Source of the DNA: Lingula anatina
Lineage: Eukaryota > Animalia > Brachiopoda
Assembly (NCBI GenBank): GCA_051362555.1
Contig: CM120648.1
Location: 11,280,587 to 11,344,586, forward strand
Length of the DNA: 64,000 nt
Direction of reading: 5' to 3'
Part shown: piece after piece, positions 1-13,456 of the stretch
How positions within the stretch are numbered: position 1 is the first letter of the stretch
Layout: each line of letters starts with the position of its first letter
The notes under the pieces: generated by a model
The model's input: only the letters and a program-made list of their open reading frames with translations
Database searches by the model: none
What the model was told of the DNA's origin: nothing
Program-made: the position numbers and the translations under genes

Positions 1-89
1 AAATTTTTGAGTTAGGCTGATAACAATCTGAGAAACCATAACAAATGGACAAGCGAAGGTGAAAATGTGACCTTCTCGGAAGAGGTAAA

Positions 90-530
90 AGCATGCATAC
101 TAAGCTCCCGCATACATGTGTGTATATGGATCAGAGACCTAAACACAGGGCAAGAGACTCACTCTCTTAAAACAAAGGTGTTTGCACACAACCTTTGGCA
201 TCATCAGGCAAGCCAGAATAACTATTACAGAAGTTTTAAACAGTTTTAAAGAAGACTAAGTTGACTAGGACTTGTGAACTAGATGAATGTTGCATAGCAA
301 AATCCCAAAACAGCTGTCACCTGTACTATTTGACCAATTGGTTTTGGGTAGCAATCTCAGAGGAAGACCATGGTTGAGACTTAAGGACTGAAACTTGCAA
401 AAGCAGCCCGTTTAATTCCACACAGTGACACACTGGCAAAGGAGTAAACATTATCTAGAGCAAAGTAGAATAAATCTAATTGTCTCTCAAAGAAAGACTA
501 AAAGAGGTCAACAACTCGCTACAGCAAAAT
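90..530 (+). mobile_element. Degenerate 3' end of an RTE-clade LINE ORF2
   Basis: Frameshifted translation gives RTE C-terminal-like motifs (RITxTEVL, IPKQL, RGRPxLR); many stops; boundaries approximate. Confidence 0.5.
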
Positions 531-859
531 GAACAGACTTTGAAGCAAAATCACCATGAAATACTGACATAAACCCTGTAACACCTCCCTTGCTTGTAGA
601 TTCTAAAACAGAACTTGCTTATAAAACATGGAAAAGATGAGCCATGAGAGAATCCGACGTTAGAAGACCTAGATACCAAATTGAGACATTCATTGCTGCA
701 TAAGACTCTTAACTTGAGTGGTGACCATATTGAATATTGTAGACATGAAACTGGTTTAAAATATAAAAAATTAAACTTCTTAATAAAGTCTAACTTTTTA
801 AAATTATGTATTCAAGAAATATTTGACGTAATGATTGTCCCAGCCCCATTATTTGAAAA

Positions 860-3069
860 TCATTTGCAGTGGCACCCCATCTTGACTTTATTGATGTTTT
901 TGGCCATTACTTACTAGCAAAAGGAGACTGGAATTCAATCAAATTAATTAAATGTATAACTTTTTAGAATTAACATTTGATTTCGATTATTTTTACTTTT
1001 TTATTTACATGAATGGCTTATGGTAAGAATTCACAGTTAATAGTAGTATGGTTGCCATCTTGGATATCCTGTCATATTTGAAACATTTGAAATATTTTAA
1101 ATAGAGAAAGCTTCGAAATCATACCAAAATAGGAAAAAGGAGTCTGCAATATATACGGTTTTTTCAAAAACGTACATTACGCCTTCTGTATTCATTTTCA
1201 ATGCAGTTTGATTTTTTCTCATTACGTACAGAGAATTTATGGGCAAAAAATCAGAAGGGATCATTTGTTCAATTCTGTAGCCTTCCAAAAATTTGAACTG
1301 AATTAAACAATACTGTAGATGAATTATTGCATGAAAAAGACATTCAATTTGAAATCTAGAAAGACATAAAGCTTTCGTTCATAATCAACTCACTATAATC
1401 AACTCTTTTTCATTGGTAGCCGTCATTGATTTATGGCAATCAAGTAAAATATGATGAATTTAAAGAAATATGAATGGTCAAAGTAGCAAGAAAGGCCTGG
1501 ATGTTAAAGATACATTAAAGATATACGTCACAGTGGTTTTAAAATAATGTTTCTTTAATTTCTCTCTCTATATATATTATTAGTAATGAATCAGATAAGT
1601 AAGCATATTTAATGTACGTAATAGCAGCCATCGTGAATATTAATTGCAATGTAGAAATCTGAGAAAGTTTCTTTGAAATAATTCAAAGAAAAAGTTATTT
1701 AGGATAAAAAGTAATTTAAAAATGAGTTCAAAAAAGTACAGAAATACTGTGTACGCAATTTAGTAAGGCTCTCAACGTGGTATTGTCCACACAGGTAGTT
1801 GCAGTTCATTTTCAACAATGGCCAACTTGGAATCATGATAAATGAAGCAAAAATAATCACTTTTTGACAGAATGAAGTGTCCAAGAAGCAAAATGAGATT
1901 GCAATACAGATAAATTTATCAAAAAATAAATATCTTTAATTTGCTAATTATTCAATTTGATGTTTTTCAACATGCAAATCAAAATAATGTATGTTTTGGA
2001 TCCAGAAATTGACGGCCATTTTGGACTTATCAACCCTAAACTATAAGCCTAAAACCATTTTGAATCATTCAGTTATATATTCCATTCCATAACTTGAACA
2101 ATAAAGCTCAGAAATAGCCTTTTAAGTAAGGCTCACAACATGTGGTATTGTCCATACGGGTAGCGTGCAGTTCATTTTTATCAATGGCAAACTTGGAATC
2201 ATGATAAATGAAGAAAAATTAACCACTTTTTGGCTGAATAAAGTGTCTAAGAAGCAAAATGAAATTTCAACACAGATAAATTTATCAAAAAATAAATGTT
2301 TTTAATTTACTTATTATTCAATTAATGTTTTTTAACATGCAAATCAAAATAATGTACGTTTTGAATTCAGAAATTGGCGGCCATTTTGGATTTTTATACC
2401 CTGAACAAAATCTCAAAACAATTTAAATTATTCAGTCATACATTTCATACCATGACCTGTGCAATAAATCCTCCATTAAGTAGTCTGAGATGTTTTATAC
2501 TGAGAAAGGCTTGTTGACATATCAAAACAAAAAGCCCATTTTATGTGGTGGCCATCTTGGATTAGAGCCATCTGTGTTCAAATGTACAATTTTGTGATAA
2601 ATTAACTGGTAAAAATTAAAAATATAGACTTCAACTTATTCAAATACATCAAAACATGTAAAATATTCCTAATTTTTGGTTAATAAAAAAAAATTCAAAT
2701 TTAGGTATTTGTATTTTTTCACAAAAAGTAAGGAAAATGGCCGCCATCTTGGATTCAGTCGCCATCTTGAAAAACGTAAAGTGCCTGAAAAATCAAAGTA
2801 GGCCAAAGTACTTGTGATCAGTGCAAATTTTGATAATATTAAGTTGTTAAGTAACTTTTAAATCAATTTTTGTATTTACAGTTGACACAGGAATTTACTG
2901 GCGGCCATCTTGGATTTGGCCTGTTTCCGGTACAAACGGACACTTTTTCAAGCCGGAAACAAGCAGAAATGAAAAATTCAGGTTCTAAACTACAAAAATC
3001 AATCATAAAACCTTTGCCTGACGGGGGGTGCAGCCAAATTGGATTTTTTGGCCTTTGGCTCATGGACTA
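860..3069. mobile_element. Non-autonomous DNA transposon, Academ-like terminus at 3069
   Basis: Many GCCAT(C/T)TTG(G/A)A subterminal motifs; internal direct duplication ~1760-2030 vs ~2125-2390; ends ...GGCTCATGGACTA (reverse complement starts TAGT, as in Academ TIRs). Other end not found; left boundary approximate. Confidence 0.4.
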
Positions 3070-3289
3070 TAATAAATTTTGAACTCTGGAAAAATAATAC
3101 ATAAGGCTTGGCAAAGCAGACAACTTGTGGTCAAAAATGACATTATTTCATCAAATTTGAACTTCTGGAACTTCAGAGCACTTCCTATTTTAAGAATTTT
3201 GACCAAAATGATGTTTTCTTTATTTTAATTAATCTTTTCTGTAGGAAATTTATGGCACATTATGGTAACTCCAAAATTATAACATTTAG

Positions 3290-4620
3290 TCCCTTATATC
3301 TCCAAAACTGGCAGAGACAGGTCCATAGTTACTATTGAAGTTGAAGAGGAAGTCATATAGTGGCAATCTTACTGTGACCTTGAAATTGACGTTTGACCTA
3401 CTTTTCACCATGAACTGAACTTTGCAAATTTTGCTTCCCTTTTATCTCCAAAACTGGCAGAGATAGGTCCATAGTTACTATTGAACTTGAATAGGAAGTC
3501 ATATACTGGCAATCCAAATGTGACCTTGAAATTGACCTTTGACCTACTTTTCACCATGAACTGAACTTTGCAAATTTTGCTTCCCTTTTATCTCCAAAAC
3601 TGGCAGAGATAGGTCCATAGTTACTATTGAAGTTGAATGGGAAGTCATATACTGGCAATCTTAATGTGACCTTAAAATTGACCTTTGACCTACTTTTCAC
3701 CATGAACTGAACTTTGCAAATTTTGCTTCCCTTATATCTCCAAAACTGGCAGAGATAGGTCCATAGTTTCTATTGAAGTTGAATGGGAAGTCATATACTG
3801 GCAATCTTAATGTGACCTTAAAATTGACCTTTGACCTACTTTTCACCATGAACTGAACTTTGCAAATTTTGCTTCCCTTATATCTCCAAAACTGGCAGAG
3901 ATAGGTCCATAGTTTTTATTGAACTTGAATGGGAAGTCATATACTGGCACTCTAAATGTGACCTTAAAATTGACCTTTGACCTACTTTTCACCATGAACT
4001 GAACTTTGCAAATTTTGCTTCCCTTATATCTCCAAAACTGGCAGAGATAGGTCCATGGGTACTGTTGAACTTGAATAGGAAGTCATATACTGGCAATCTA
4101 AATGTGACCTTAAAATTGACCTTTGACCTACTCTTCACCATGAACTGAACTTTGCAAATTTTGCTTCCCTTATATCTCCAAAACTGGCAGAGATACGTCC
4201 ATAGTTACTATTGAAGTTGAATGGGAAGTCATATACTGGCAATCTAAATGTGACCTTAAAATTGACCTTTGACCTACTTTTCACCATGAACTGAACTTTG
4301 CAAATTTTGCTTCCCTTGTATCTCCAAAACTGGCAGAGATAGGTCCATAGTTACTATTGAACTTGAATAGGAAGTCATATACTGGCAATCTAAATGTGAC
4401 CTTAAAATTGACCTTTGACCTACTTTTCACCATGAACTGAACTTTGCAAATTTTGCTTCCCTTTTATCTCCAAAACTGGCAGAGATAGGTCCATAGTTAC
4501 TATTGAACTTGAATAGGAAGTCATATATTGGCAATCTAAATGTGACCTTAAAATTGACCTTTGACCTACTTTTCACTATGAACTGAATTTTGCAAATTTT
4601 GCTTCCCTTTTATCTCTAAA
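3290..4620 (+). repeat. 146-bp tandem satellite, block 1 (~9 copies)
   Basis: TCCAAAACTGGCAGAGA recurs at 3301, 3447, 3593, 3739 etc. (period 146). Confidence 0.95.
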
Positions 4621-4904
4621 GTTACGCTGTATCAAAAAATACATATTGGTGGTGAAAGCAAAATGTGCAGTACGGTAATGGAAAATAAATTTTGAACTCC
4701 GGAAAAATAATACATAAGGCTTGGCAAAGCAGACAACTTGTAGTCAAAAATGACATTATTTCATCAAATTTGAACACCTGGAACTTCAGAGCACCTTCCA
4801 TTTCAAGAATTTTGACCAAAATGACCTTTTCTTTATTTTAATTAATTTTTTTCTGTAGGAAATGTATGGCACTTTATGGTAACTCCAAAATTATAACATT
4901 TAGT

Positions 4905-5600
4905 CCCTTTTATCTGCAAAACTGGCAGAGATAGGTCCATAGATACTATTGAACTTGAATAGAAAGTCATATACTGGCAATCTTACTGTGACCTTGAAAT
5001 TGACATTTGACCTATTTTTCACCATGAACTGAACTTTGCAAATTTTGCTTCCCTTTTATCTCCAAAACTGGCAGAGATAGGTCCATAGTTACTATTGAAC
5101 TTGAATAGGAAGTCAAATACTGGCAATCTTACTGTGACCTTGAAATTGACCTTTGACCTACTTTTCACCATGAACTGTTTTTTGTAAATTTTGCTTCCCT
5201 TTTATCTCTAAAACTGGCAAAGATAGGTCTATAGTTACTATTGAACTTGAATAGGAAGTCATATACTGGCAATCTAAGTGTGACCTTGAAATTGACCTTT
5301 GACCCACTTTTTATCATGAATTGAACTTTGCAAATTTTGGTTCCCTTTTATCTCCAAAACTAGCGAGATAGGTCCATAGTTACTATTGAAATTGAATAGG
5401 AAGTCATATACTGGCAATCTAAGTGTGACCTTGAAATTGACCTTTGATCTACTTATTATCATGAACTGAACTCTGCTAATTTCTTTCTCTTTTAACTCCA
5501 AACCTGGCAGAGATAGGTCCATAGTTACTATTGAACTTGAATAGGAAGTCATATACTGGCAATTTACTGTGACCTTGAAAATGACCTTTCACCTACCTTA
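4905..5600 (+). repeat. 146-bp tandem satellite, block 2 (~4.5 copies)
   Basis: Same monomer, preceded by a ~220-bp linker (4685-4905) that duplicates 3072-3290. Confidence 0.9.
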
Positions 5601-6131
5601 CGATGAACTTATATTTGATTGTACCATTTTTAGTTTCATATATTTTTTGCAAATATTGAAAATTCTTGTTGATTGCATGTTTACAGCTTGTCAAGCACAA
5701 GACTGGTGGCTGTGTCCCTTATTTTGTGTATGTGGGGGTCTATACGAATGCGCTTGCTCCAGCTGGTGGTACAATATTCGGAGGCGGTATCGCCTCTCTG
5801 ATCCTCTAGTTTATTTATTTATTTATTTATTTATTTATATATCCAGGACCACATGCCTGGCCCTTGACCCTGGGGATAGGTATTGGAATAGGAATGGCTT
5901 TCACCAACTGTCAGCGAGAGTTTCAGAACCCATATCTTTTATTTGGACAAAAGTTAAAGGTGAGAAGATGCATCTAAATTTGTAGGCACTGATAGGAAAC
6001 AATTCTAGTTTTAAATATAATTGTAAAACTGCACTCACTTAGAAAAAAAAAAAACTGGAACTTGTAAACTAAGTTGTGTTAAAGCACTTTGTGTTTCAAA
6101 TTTATAACCTTGTAAAGTTCTTGTTGATTAA

Positions 6132-6469
6132 AGGGATAATAACTTTTCGTTTTGGCCAAAAAATGAATTTTCCTGGAGTAAACAACAATTTTCCCATACT
6201 TACCAATGGTTAATGAATCCATTTTTACATTCAAAGTTAGTCCCTGGTTTTTTTCTAAAAAGTTTGGTTTTTTGTTAAAATCTCTTAAGAGATTTTAACA
6301 GAGTATAGCCATCAATGGAGGTCACGTGATCTGAGGACAAGCTCAGATATCAGAATAATAGCCAAAACTGCTGTTTTTGCCGTAAAACAGAATATATTAT
6401 ATTTCTATGAGTTATTCACAATGTTTTTTATTGTGAAATATAGACCTCACACAAAGAGTTATTATCCCT
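6132..6469. mobile_element. Kolobok-type MITE
   Basis: 13-bp TIR AGGGATAATAACT/AGTTATTATCCCT flanked by TTAA on both sides (6128-6131, 6470-6473). Confidence 0.7.
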
Positions 6470-6553
6470 TTAATGTAAGTTTAAGAAATTCCATTAATTA
6501 GTTTTTTAAAGAAATTTTGTTAATTGATTTAAATTGTTTTTTCTTTTTTCCAG

Positions 6554-6960
6554 GTTGTAAAAAAAGATTCTACAACACAGGAAGCGTGAAGAAAGAATGG
6601 TAGTTAGTTTGACATTTTAGAACATTTATATACACAGACACTGTGAAGAAATAAGTGCACTGCCATAGATGTGGAATTACTTCCTGGATAATTGAATCAG
6701 TTCAAGTTTTGTGAGATCATTGCTACTTAGCGTTTCAATTAGGGTGGAATTGTTGATTCCTTATCAAGGAATAGCTTTTTCGGGCTGATATTCACTCGTT
6801 ATTGCCATCTGGAAGATATGAAGTCTTTGGCAAATCTCATTGCTGAGTGACGAGGCAGATGTGAACATTATCATGACAACTGTGGGTGTTCTTAAAGAAC
6901 AGCAGGGAGGAATATTTCATCAACTTTCACGTTTTGATGTTTACTTAATGTTTAATAAAT
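6554..6960 (+). other. Possible terminal exon and 3' UTR of a plus-strand gene entering from outside the window
   Basis: Strong acceptor tttttttccag at 6553, short open frames to a stop, AATAAA at 6954; convergent with the HPGD-like gene. Confidence 0.35.
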
Positions 6961-7176
6961 ACTGAATGAGTAAAAATGCTATGTCAGTAAGTTTTGTTTG
7001 TGTTTGAGGAATAACGAGAGACAGATCAATTTAAGTCGTGAAGAAAAAATACATTTTAACTTTCTCAATTTTATTTTCCATCATTACAGTTTATTTATTT
7101 TGAAGGAAGATAATTTGTTGAAAAAAACTCTCTAAGGGAATAATTGTTACTGTCTCCAAAAACACGTTAGGACATA

Positions 7177-10100
7177 TTATGGTTTGGTTATAACATTACT
7201 GCCGTCTGAAGTGCCTTGGATTTTCTCATATTCAGAATCTGGTACGAAAAACCCTTCTGGAATCTCGAACTTTAGTTCAGACTCGTCTTGGAATGATTGG
7301 TAGGTGGTGCCCTCTGCTGCCACTTTGAGTACAGCCCCATTACGGGTGTCGTCCTCGATGAGCTGTATGCAAGCGTCAGCCACAGTCGATGGGCTGCAAA
7401 TAGAGAAATATATTAAGGAGTTTTTCTTTAAATTCAGAAAAAAAATAGATTTTTAAAATAATATACTTGTGAGACCGAATGCGTTTTAGGAAATCACATT
7501 CTCGATTACAGATGGAAATGGGTTTTGGATTGGTAAGTGAGAGAAATTTACTATTGACCCTCCCCCCTGAAATAATAAAAAAAAAAAAAAAACGACCTAT
7601 CCTTAAAATTGGCTGTAACCTTCGTTAAAAATCATACATTTAACTGCAAACAACCCCCCCCCCCCAAAAAAAAAGATAATTAAAATAAAATAAATTTCGT
7701 CTACCAACCCCCATTAGAGAGAGTGGCCCCTTGTTATTCAACCCATCATGAAAAATTCAGAAAATTTACTGGAATAAAAACAACCTAGAAAGAATAAAAG
7801 AGCGTAAAACGGGGTAATTGTCTTGGCAACAGCGTTTTATAATATTTAAAAGGAGGTAAAATGCCAGAAACTGAGGCGTTAAAAGGTATAAAAGGTATTA
7901 AATTTACTGACAAAATTTTAATGCGTGGAAAGATTTTAGGGAAGGTACTTCACATTTGAGCCTTAGAAGGGGTCAAATTTGGACGCGAAGAAGGTGAGTT
8001 ATGGGTGCAGAATTTTATAAAAAAAAATCCCTGTCAGAGCATCCGATCTTAAGGTCCAGTCGACGCCCTTCTCTCCCTCTCTCTCTCCATCCCCCCCCCC
8101 CCCCCCCCCCACACACACACACTTACACACACACACACCTGAGAGCGGTCTTCATTGCCATGGGGTACCACGCCTCCCAGAGACGGACGTGGCGCACCAC
8201 ACCGGCCGCCTTCTGCTCGGGCGTCAGCTGAAGAAGACTGGTATTTGTGAGATGTGGACACAGGCAGTTCACACGCACTTGCTGGTACGGGAAATCTGGG
8301 TTGGCCTGGAAATATAATGGTATACATCTACATGTAAGTACGATGATGTATTTTATTTCTAAAAATTCAAAATGTGGAGAATAAAGTATAAATATGCGTG
8401 CATGATGGGTCGTTCAATTATTGTGGTGACTAATAATCCGTCTTTTACCGAAAACATATTTCTACCGCGCTGGGTAGTTCTCTTTTTAACATTGTGAAAT
8501 TCATTCCACAGCTTTTTAAAATAGCCACGTCGGCAATGAAAGCACTTAAAGTGTAGAATACCACTTAGTTCCCATACCTAGATCGATATAGCAGGCTCGA
8601 TCCATCTCCGATGGATTTCTCACTAAATTGCTTTCAGCTTAGATGCCAGCTGGTACGCCTACTGAATCTGCCAAACAATAATTAAATACCCCCTAGCAGC
8701 TTCAATAGGCGTGACAGACATCTAAGCCGCTTTAGTTGATTGCAATTTAAGGAGAATCCCCAAGGAGATATATCCGATCCACAGCTAATACGATAGGGTC
8801 TGGGAATGGTCCCTAAGACAGAACTTACCCCCCAGCAGCGCGTATACCCAACTATACCGTGCTTGGTAGCCGTGTAGACAGGGATGAGTGGATACGGCTG
8901 GAGACCTGGAATGAGCATTTCCAAAGCGATGAGAACTCTTCAGACTTTTTACAGTTTATATATTATATAATACACATGTACATCACAAAACATTCATTTT
9001 TAAGTTATGGGGCCAGTTTCACAAAACGGTTATCTCCCCTAAGTGGTCTAAACTTTAGATCCCCAAAATATGTCTGTATGATGTACCAACATCTTGTTGA
9101 TAATTTTACAGTGCAATTCTGCATTAATAAGCCATGAGCAAAATTACGCTATTATGTCCAAGAATAAGCCAATTTCACAGAAATACAAGGAATTTATTGC
9201 CAAATTTAGGTATGGGAACCCAGTCTAAGTTACCTGCCGTTGATGCCATGTTGACGACGACTCCTCCCTCACCGCCTTCTTTATTCTTTCTCATGTGTTC
9301 CACTCCCAGCATTGTACCGCAGATCACGGAGTTCTGAAAATATCAAGATGTGTAACATGTCGTTCAATGCCCGCTGGGAATCGCTCAGAACTCATCTCTT
9401 TATTATCAGAGTGGAGGCTCAGGGCCGGACTGAAGGGCCCCGAAAGTTTTGGTATTTTAGAGGTACAGTTTAGAACTGTGATTCAGCTAGTCGAAATTCT
9501 AATATGGGTGAATTTCTTCAGAAATTGAAGGGGGGGGGGGGGGCAGGACATTAAGCAGCTTAAAACCGCCACTGGGTTCCAATGTCCTCAGAAACTCCGG
9601 GTGCTTGACATAGACGGAAGCAGAGCTTTCTTTTGTTAAAGACACAGATAAATGGTTATTTGAAGTACATATCTGGTTTAGTTTATTAAAAAAAAAATAC
9701 ACAAAAAAAGAAGAAAATTCACCTCAATACATGAACTTACCAGGTTGACCGCTGTGCATTTTTTCACGTCTTTTTCGTCAAAAATACCAGCATTGTTTAC
9801 AACAATATCGACACGACCAAAGTGACTTTTAGTTTGTATGAAAACTTCTGAAAATAGGAATATAAGTTTCAGAAACGAGAAAAAAAATTACGCTCTCAGT
9901 TGAAAAGTCAAAATGAAAACAACTAGTCATTCACTGCATTTGAATTGGGCATATAAGAAAGAAAATTGCTGTCATATTATTTTATTTGATTTTGTCAGAT
10001 TTGGTTATGTTGAACATTTATTACTTACAAAATTGTGTCACTTTCAACTTACTGTCGAACTGGTCATTGTCAGTGACGTCACATTTTACAAACATGACGT

Positions 10101-10413
10101 CAGTTTCCCCATGTTTTCCTCTCAGTTCTTCAGCGGTTTTCTCGCCTACAGAAGAGTTGACATCTACAATAGTAACCTGAAAATAGTTTGTTTTCTCTCC
10201 AGTGATACAATATTTGTAATCGAAACGTCAATTTTGTTTTAGTCAGTTTATGGCATCCTTCACCCCCCTCCACTTCGCCCCCTTCATTCAAATGTGGCGA
10301 ACTTCTCTGTAATAAGATTTTAGACACTACATTTCACTTTAGTGCAGATTTCATCATAATCTTAAATGAGGACATGTTTCACCTCCCCTCCCTCTCTCTC
10401 TTCCTCCCTCTCC

Positions 10414-10460
<47 letters not shown>

Positions 10461-10577
10461 ATCTATGTCACAGGCAAAGCGCACCTTTCCTCCTTTTTCC
10501 AGTATAGCCTCAACTATCGCTCGTCCTATTCCCTGTGCACCGCCAGTTACTATGGCAACCTTTCCTGAGATTTGCAT
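7177..10577 (-). CDS. HPGD: 15-hydroxyprostaglandin dehydrogenase-like SDR, 7 exons, 294 aa
   Basis: Exons 10577-10485, 10176-10053, 9847-9741, 9333-9234, 8905-8829, 8305-8139, 7393-7177; all GT-AG, phases consistent (885 nt). Motifs TGGAQGIG, CDVT, NNAG, MAS, YTATK, NCLCP. Confidence 0.9.
10391..10456. repeat. (CT)n microsatellite in intron 1
   Basis: Direct reading. Confidence 0.9.
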
Positions 10578-11953
10578 GCTTTTTCCTCGGTATGTGCTAG
10601 TTTTGCTGCTGGTCGACACGATCACTTCAAAATCTACACGGCTTATAGAAAAGGACACAGTCGTTCTGCTGAAATGCCCCCTGAATGTCATCCATTTAGA
10701 GATGAGAAGGTGATAGCTCAGTTGGTGGATCTCATTGGTCTGTAACCCAGGGTGTCGATAAATGATCAAAACTAGAAACTGGTAAATTTGCACGCAGAAC
10801 TTTTACAGATACTGATTTCTAAAGGAATGGAAGTCCATTTAGAAACCAGTTCACGCATTCATAATGAAAGAAGTGTATATCAACTTTATTGCTTCACGAT
10901 TGTCGTGCTTCCATTTTTCTTTGTTCCTACTTGCGTCAGAATGTTACGGTATACCTACATCAATATTAAACCGTAAATTCGTTTGTTCTGCTAACTGATA
11001 AGATTACCAATTTGTCCAGTCACTCTTGTTTTTATGTGACGTTTCACACACAAAAATCTTGAAATTGCTGAAAACTCAGTTCTATTAAGTAACGATTTTA
11101 CGAGACCCCGCCTTTCCCTCGCTTTATACATTATTCCCCTTGATTTCACATATTTCGTCAAAGTACCCTAAAAACCAAATTTAGTCTCATTACGCCAGTT
11201 CAAATAAATTCACACGGTATATTCTGCGCGATATCTGGACGATATCACAGTGCGATATCAAACAATGCGTAAACTCAGTGTGGAGATTTGGTTGTCTATC
11301 TTCTGATGCAGACCGTTGATAATCAAATATATAACGCTACGTCCCATTTTATCAACGAGGGATCAACTGATACGGCAATAGGGGGTTTACTGTAGCCATG
11401 AAAGTTTATCACCACGATGTACTTCTATGCTGCAGCATATGCTAGGGGACTCAAGGTGTGCTTCTGTGAGAAAACGTATTTAAATCTCTGTTAGGCCTTA
11501 TAGACTGAATAGCAGTTAGTGACTTGGAGACGTGGATTTGTAATTGCGATCGCCTTATTAGGCCTAACTAAAACCGCGAATTCCTGCTCACTTTGAGGTT
11601 TAAGAGACCACAGGCTCTGCCATAGAGAACTTATGAGTCAAAAGAATGTATCAGAGCATGTAGTTTAGACAAAAGAACCATCTGAACGTAGAGTCTTCGA
11701 AGAAAAAAAATTTTTACAAAAAGAAGGAATTTTGTCATTTTGTGGGTTTTAGGACTATAGAAGGCCTTGAGAATATGGGAAACTTTTTCATCAAAAAAGA
11801 GGAATTTTTGTTATTTCTTGGATTATCGGATAAAACCTTCGGAATACCGCCTTGTTTCCGTGGGAGAAAAAGTGTGGGTTGGGAAGAGGAAGTTAATTCT
11901 GATGTCAGAAACGTCTGTTAAAACTTTCTCTGACCTTGTGGCAGTTATTAAAT

Positions 11954-12109
11954 CAGGGGCGGATTTAGGCCGTCTTCTGGGTCTTCCAGAAGACGGTCAT
12001 ATTTTCAAGTTTACATTGACGGGTATCGTATGTTTTCTGGTCAAAATGGAGGATGGATCAACAAAGATAATTTGGAAGACTGTCAGATATTTTCTCTAGA
12101 TCCGCCCTG
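11954..12109. mobile_element. Small hAT-like MITE
   Basis: Ends CAGGGGCGGATTTAG / CTAGATCCGCCCTG; related ends near 32371 and 52281. Confidence 0.5.
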
Positions 12110-12361
12110 TTAAACTAATCACGCACACCTGTAACTATGTAAATTACACTTTACCTCACGGAAACAAACAAGATGTAGATTGTTACTTTTGATGAAAAAT
12201 AATTTTTGGTAAGTTAGTTGGAAAAGAACACATTTATTATGTTATGTTTGATACGTTACCCCGTCCAAACTTGTAGAGAACACATCAACATTATAATGGT
12301 GAATTTATTATTTGGAGGGGGAGGGCACAGGTACATCGTCAAACAAGTAACCTATTGTCAA

Positions 12362-12432
12362 GCATCGGTGGTTCAGTGGTAGAATGCTCGCCTGCCACGC
12401 GGGCGGCCCGGGTTCGATTCCCGGCCGATGCA
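12362..12432 (+). tRNA. tRNA-Gly(GCC)
   Basis: 71-nt cloverleaf, anticodon loop CTGCCAC, A and B boxes, T-run downstream. Confidence 0.97.
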
Positions 12433-13331
12433 AATTCTTTTACATCACCAAATATGCATAAATGGCACGAAATTCCCTCATAGATTATGAAATACCGCCG
12501 ACCAAAAATAAACACAAATGGCGTTGCAATAAAAAATGAAACTAACATTAGTTGAAGTAATTTGAATGTTATACCATCAGCTTGAGCTGACGTCATAACG
12601 TACCAATACTATGACGTCATAATCGCACATGTCCTTACGTAATAACGCCATCTGTACACAAAGTTAGCAACGGCATATTTCGGGTTACAGTGTACATAAA
12701 AGAAGCACTTTAAAAGAACTGAATCCATTTGATGTTTTTGATATGAAAATTTAGTGCCAAAAACAGTTACGGATGACTACAGCAAAGAACCTTGGATATA
12801 AGGTAAAGAAGAAACAGTTAATTTCGCCTTTAAAAACACCTTAGATCTTCATTTTGTCCTTTCGTTTACCGAGAAACTTGGAATTGTGCAAACAGGTAGA
12901 TCTAGTTCTAGTTCGATCGTATTTTTTTTTTTTCATTTTTTTTCGCCATTTAGCGTAGAATTCTATTTTTGTTGATCGAAAATTCAAAATTAAATCATGC
13001 GTCAATATGTGTCAGTATGTTCATAGCAGGTTATTACAAAAGAAAAAACATGAATAAATGCTACACTGAAAAACTTTGGACAGTGATAGGCCTATAGAAT
13101 GTGGACGATGTCTTCAACATGACCAAAACACTTTGTTTTTACTCTAGTTTTCCTTGTTTTTCTATGCGTATTCTTTCAGGAGAGATCCTTATGATAAGTA
13201 GAAAATATTGGGTGCGTCAGCTATGGCTATATTAAAAAGTTAATTACAAAAATTCGATATATTTTTTCATTACAAAAGTCCAGCAAAATATCGTTATGTT
13301 AATCCTTCTTGTTTTTCCTACCGTATCATCT

Positions 13332-13456
<125 letters not shown>

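Larger units (their letters stand above)
3072..5809 (+). mobile_element. Helitron/Helentron-like non-autonomous element carrying tandem repeats
   Basis: 3' hairpin GAGGCG-gtat-CGCCTC (5781-5796) followed by CTAG (5806-5809) and a T-rich flank; internal satellite blocks. Confidence 0.55.

Noticed and set aside
3290-5600. Regular repeats as a CRISPR array
   Set aside because: Head-to-tail monomers with no unique spacers, no cas genes, eukaryotic context
8566-9228. 13-bp inverted repeat GTTCCCATACCTA flanking HPGD exon 5
   Set aside because: Related end also at ~23720; likely independent MITE remnants, too short to argue for splicing control
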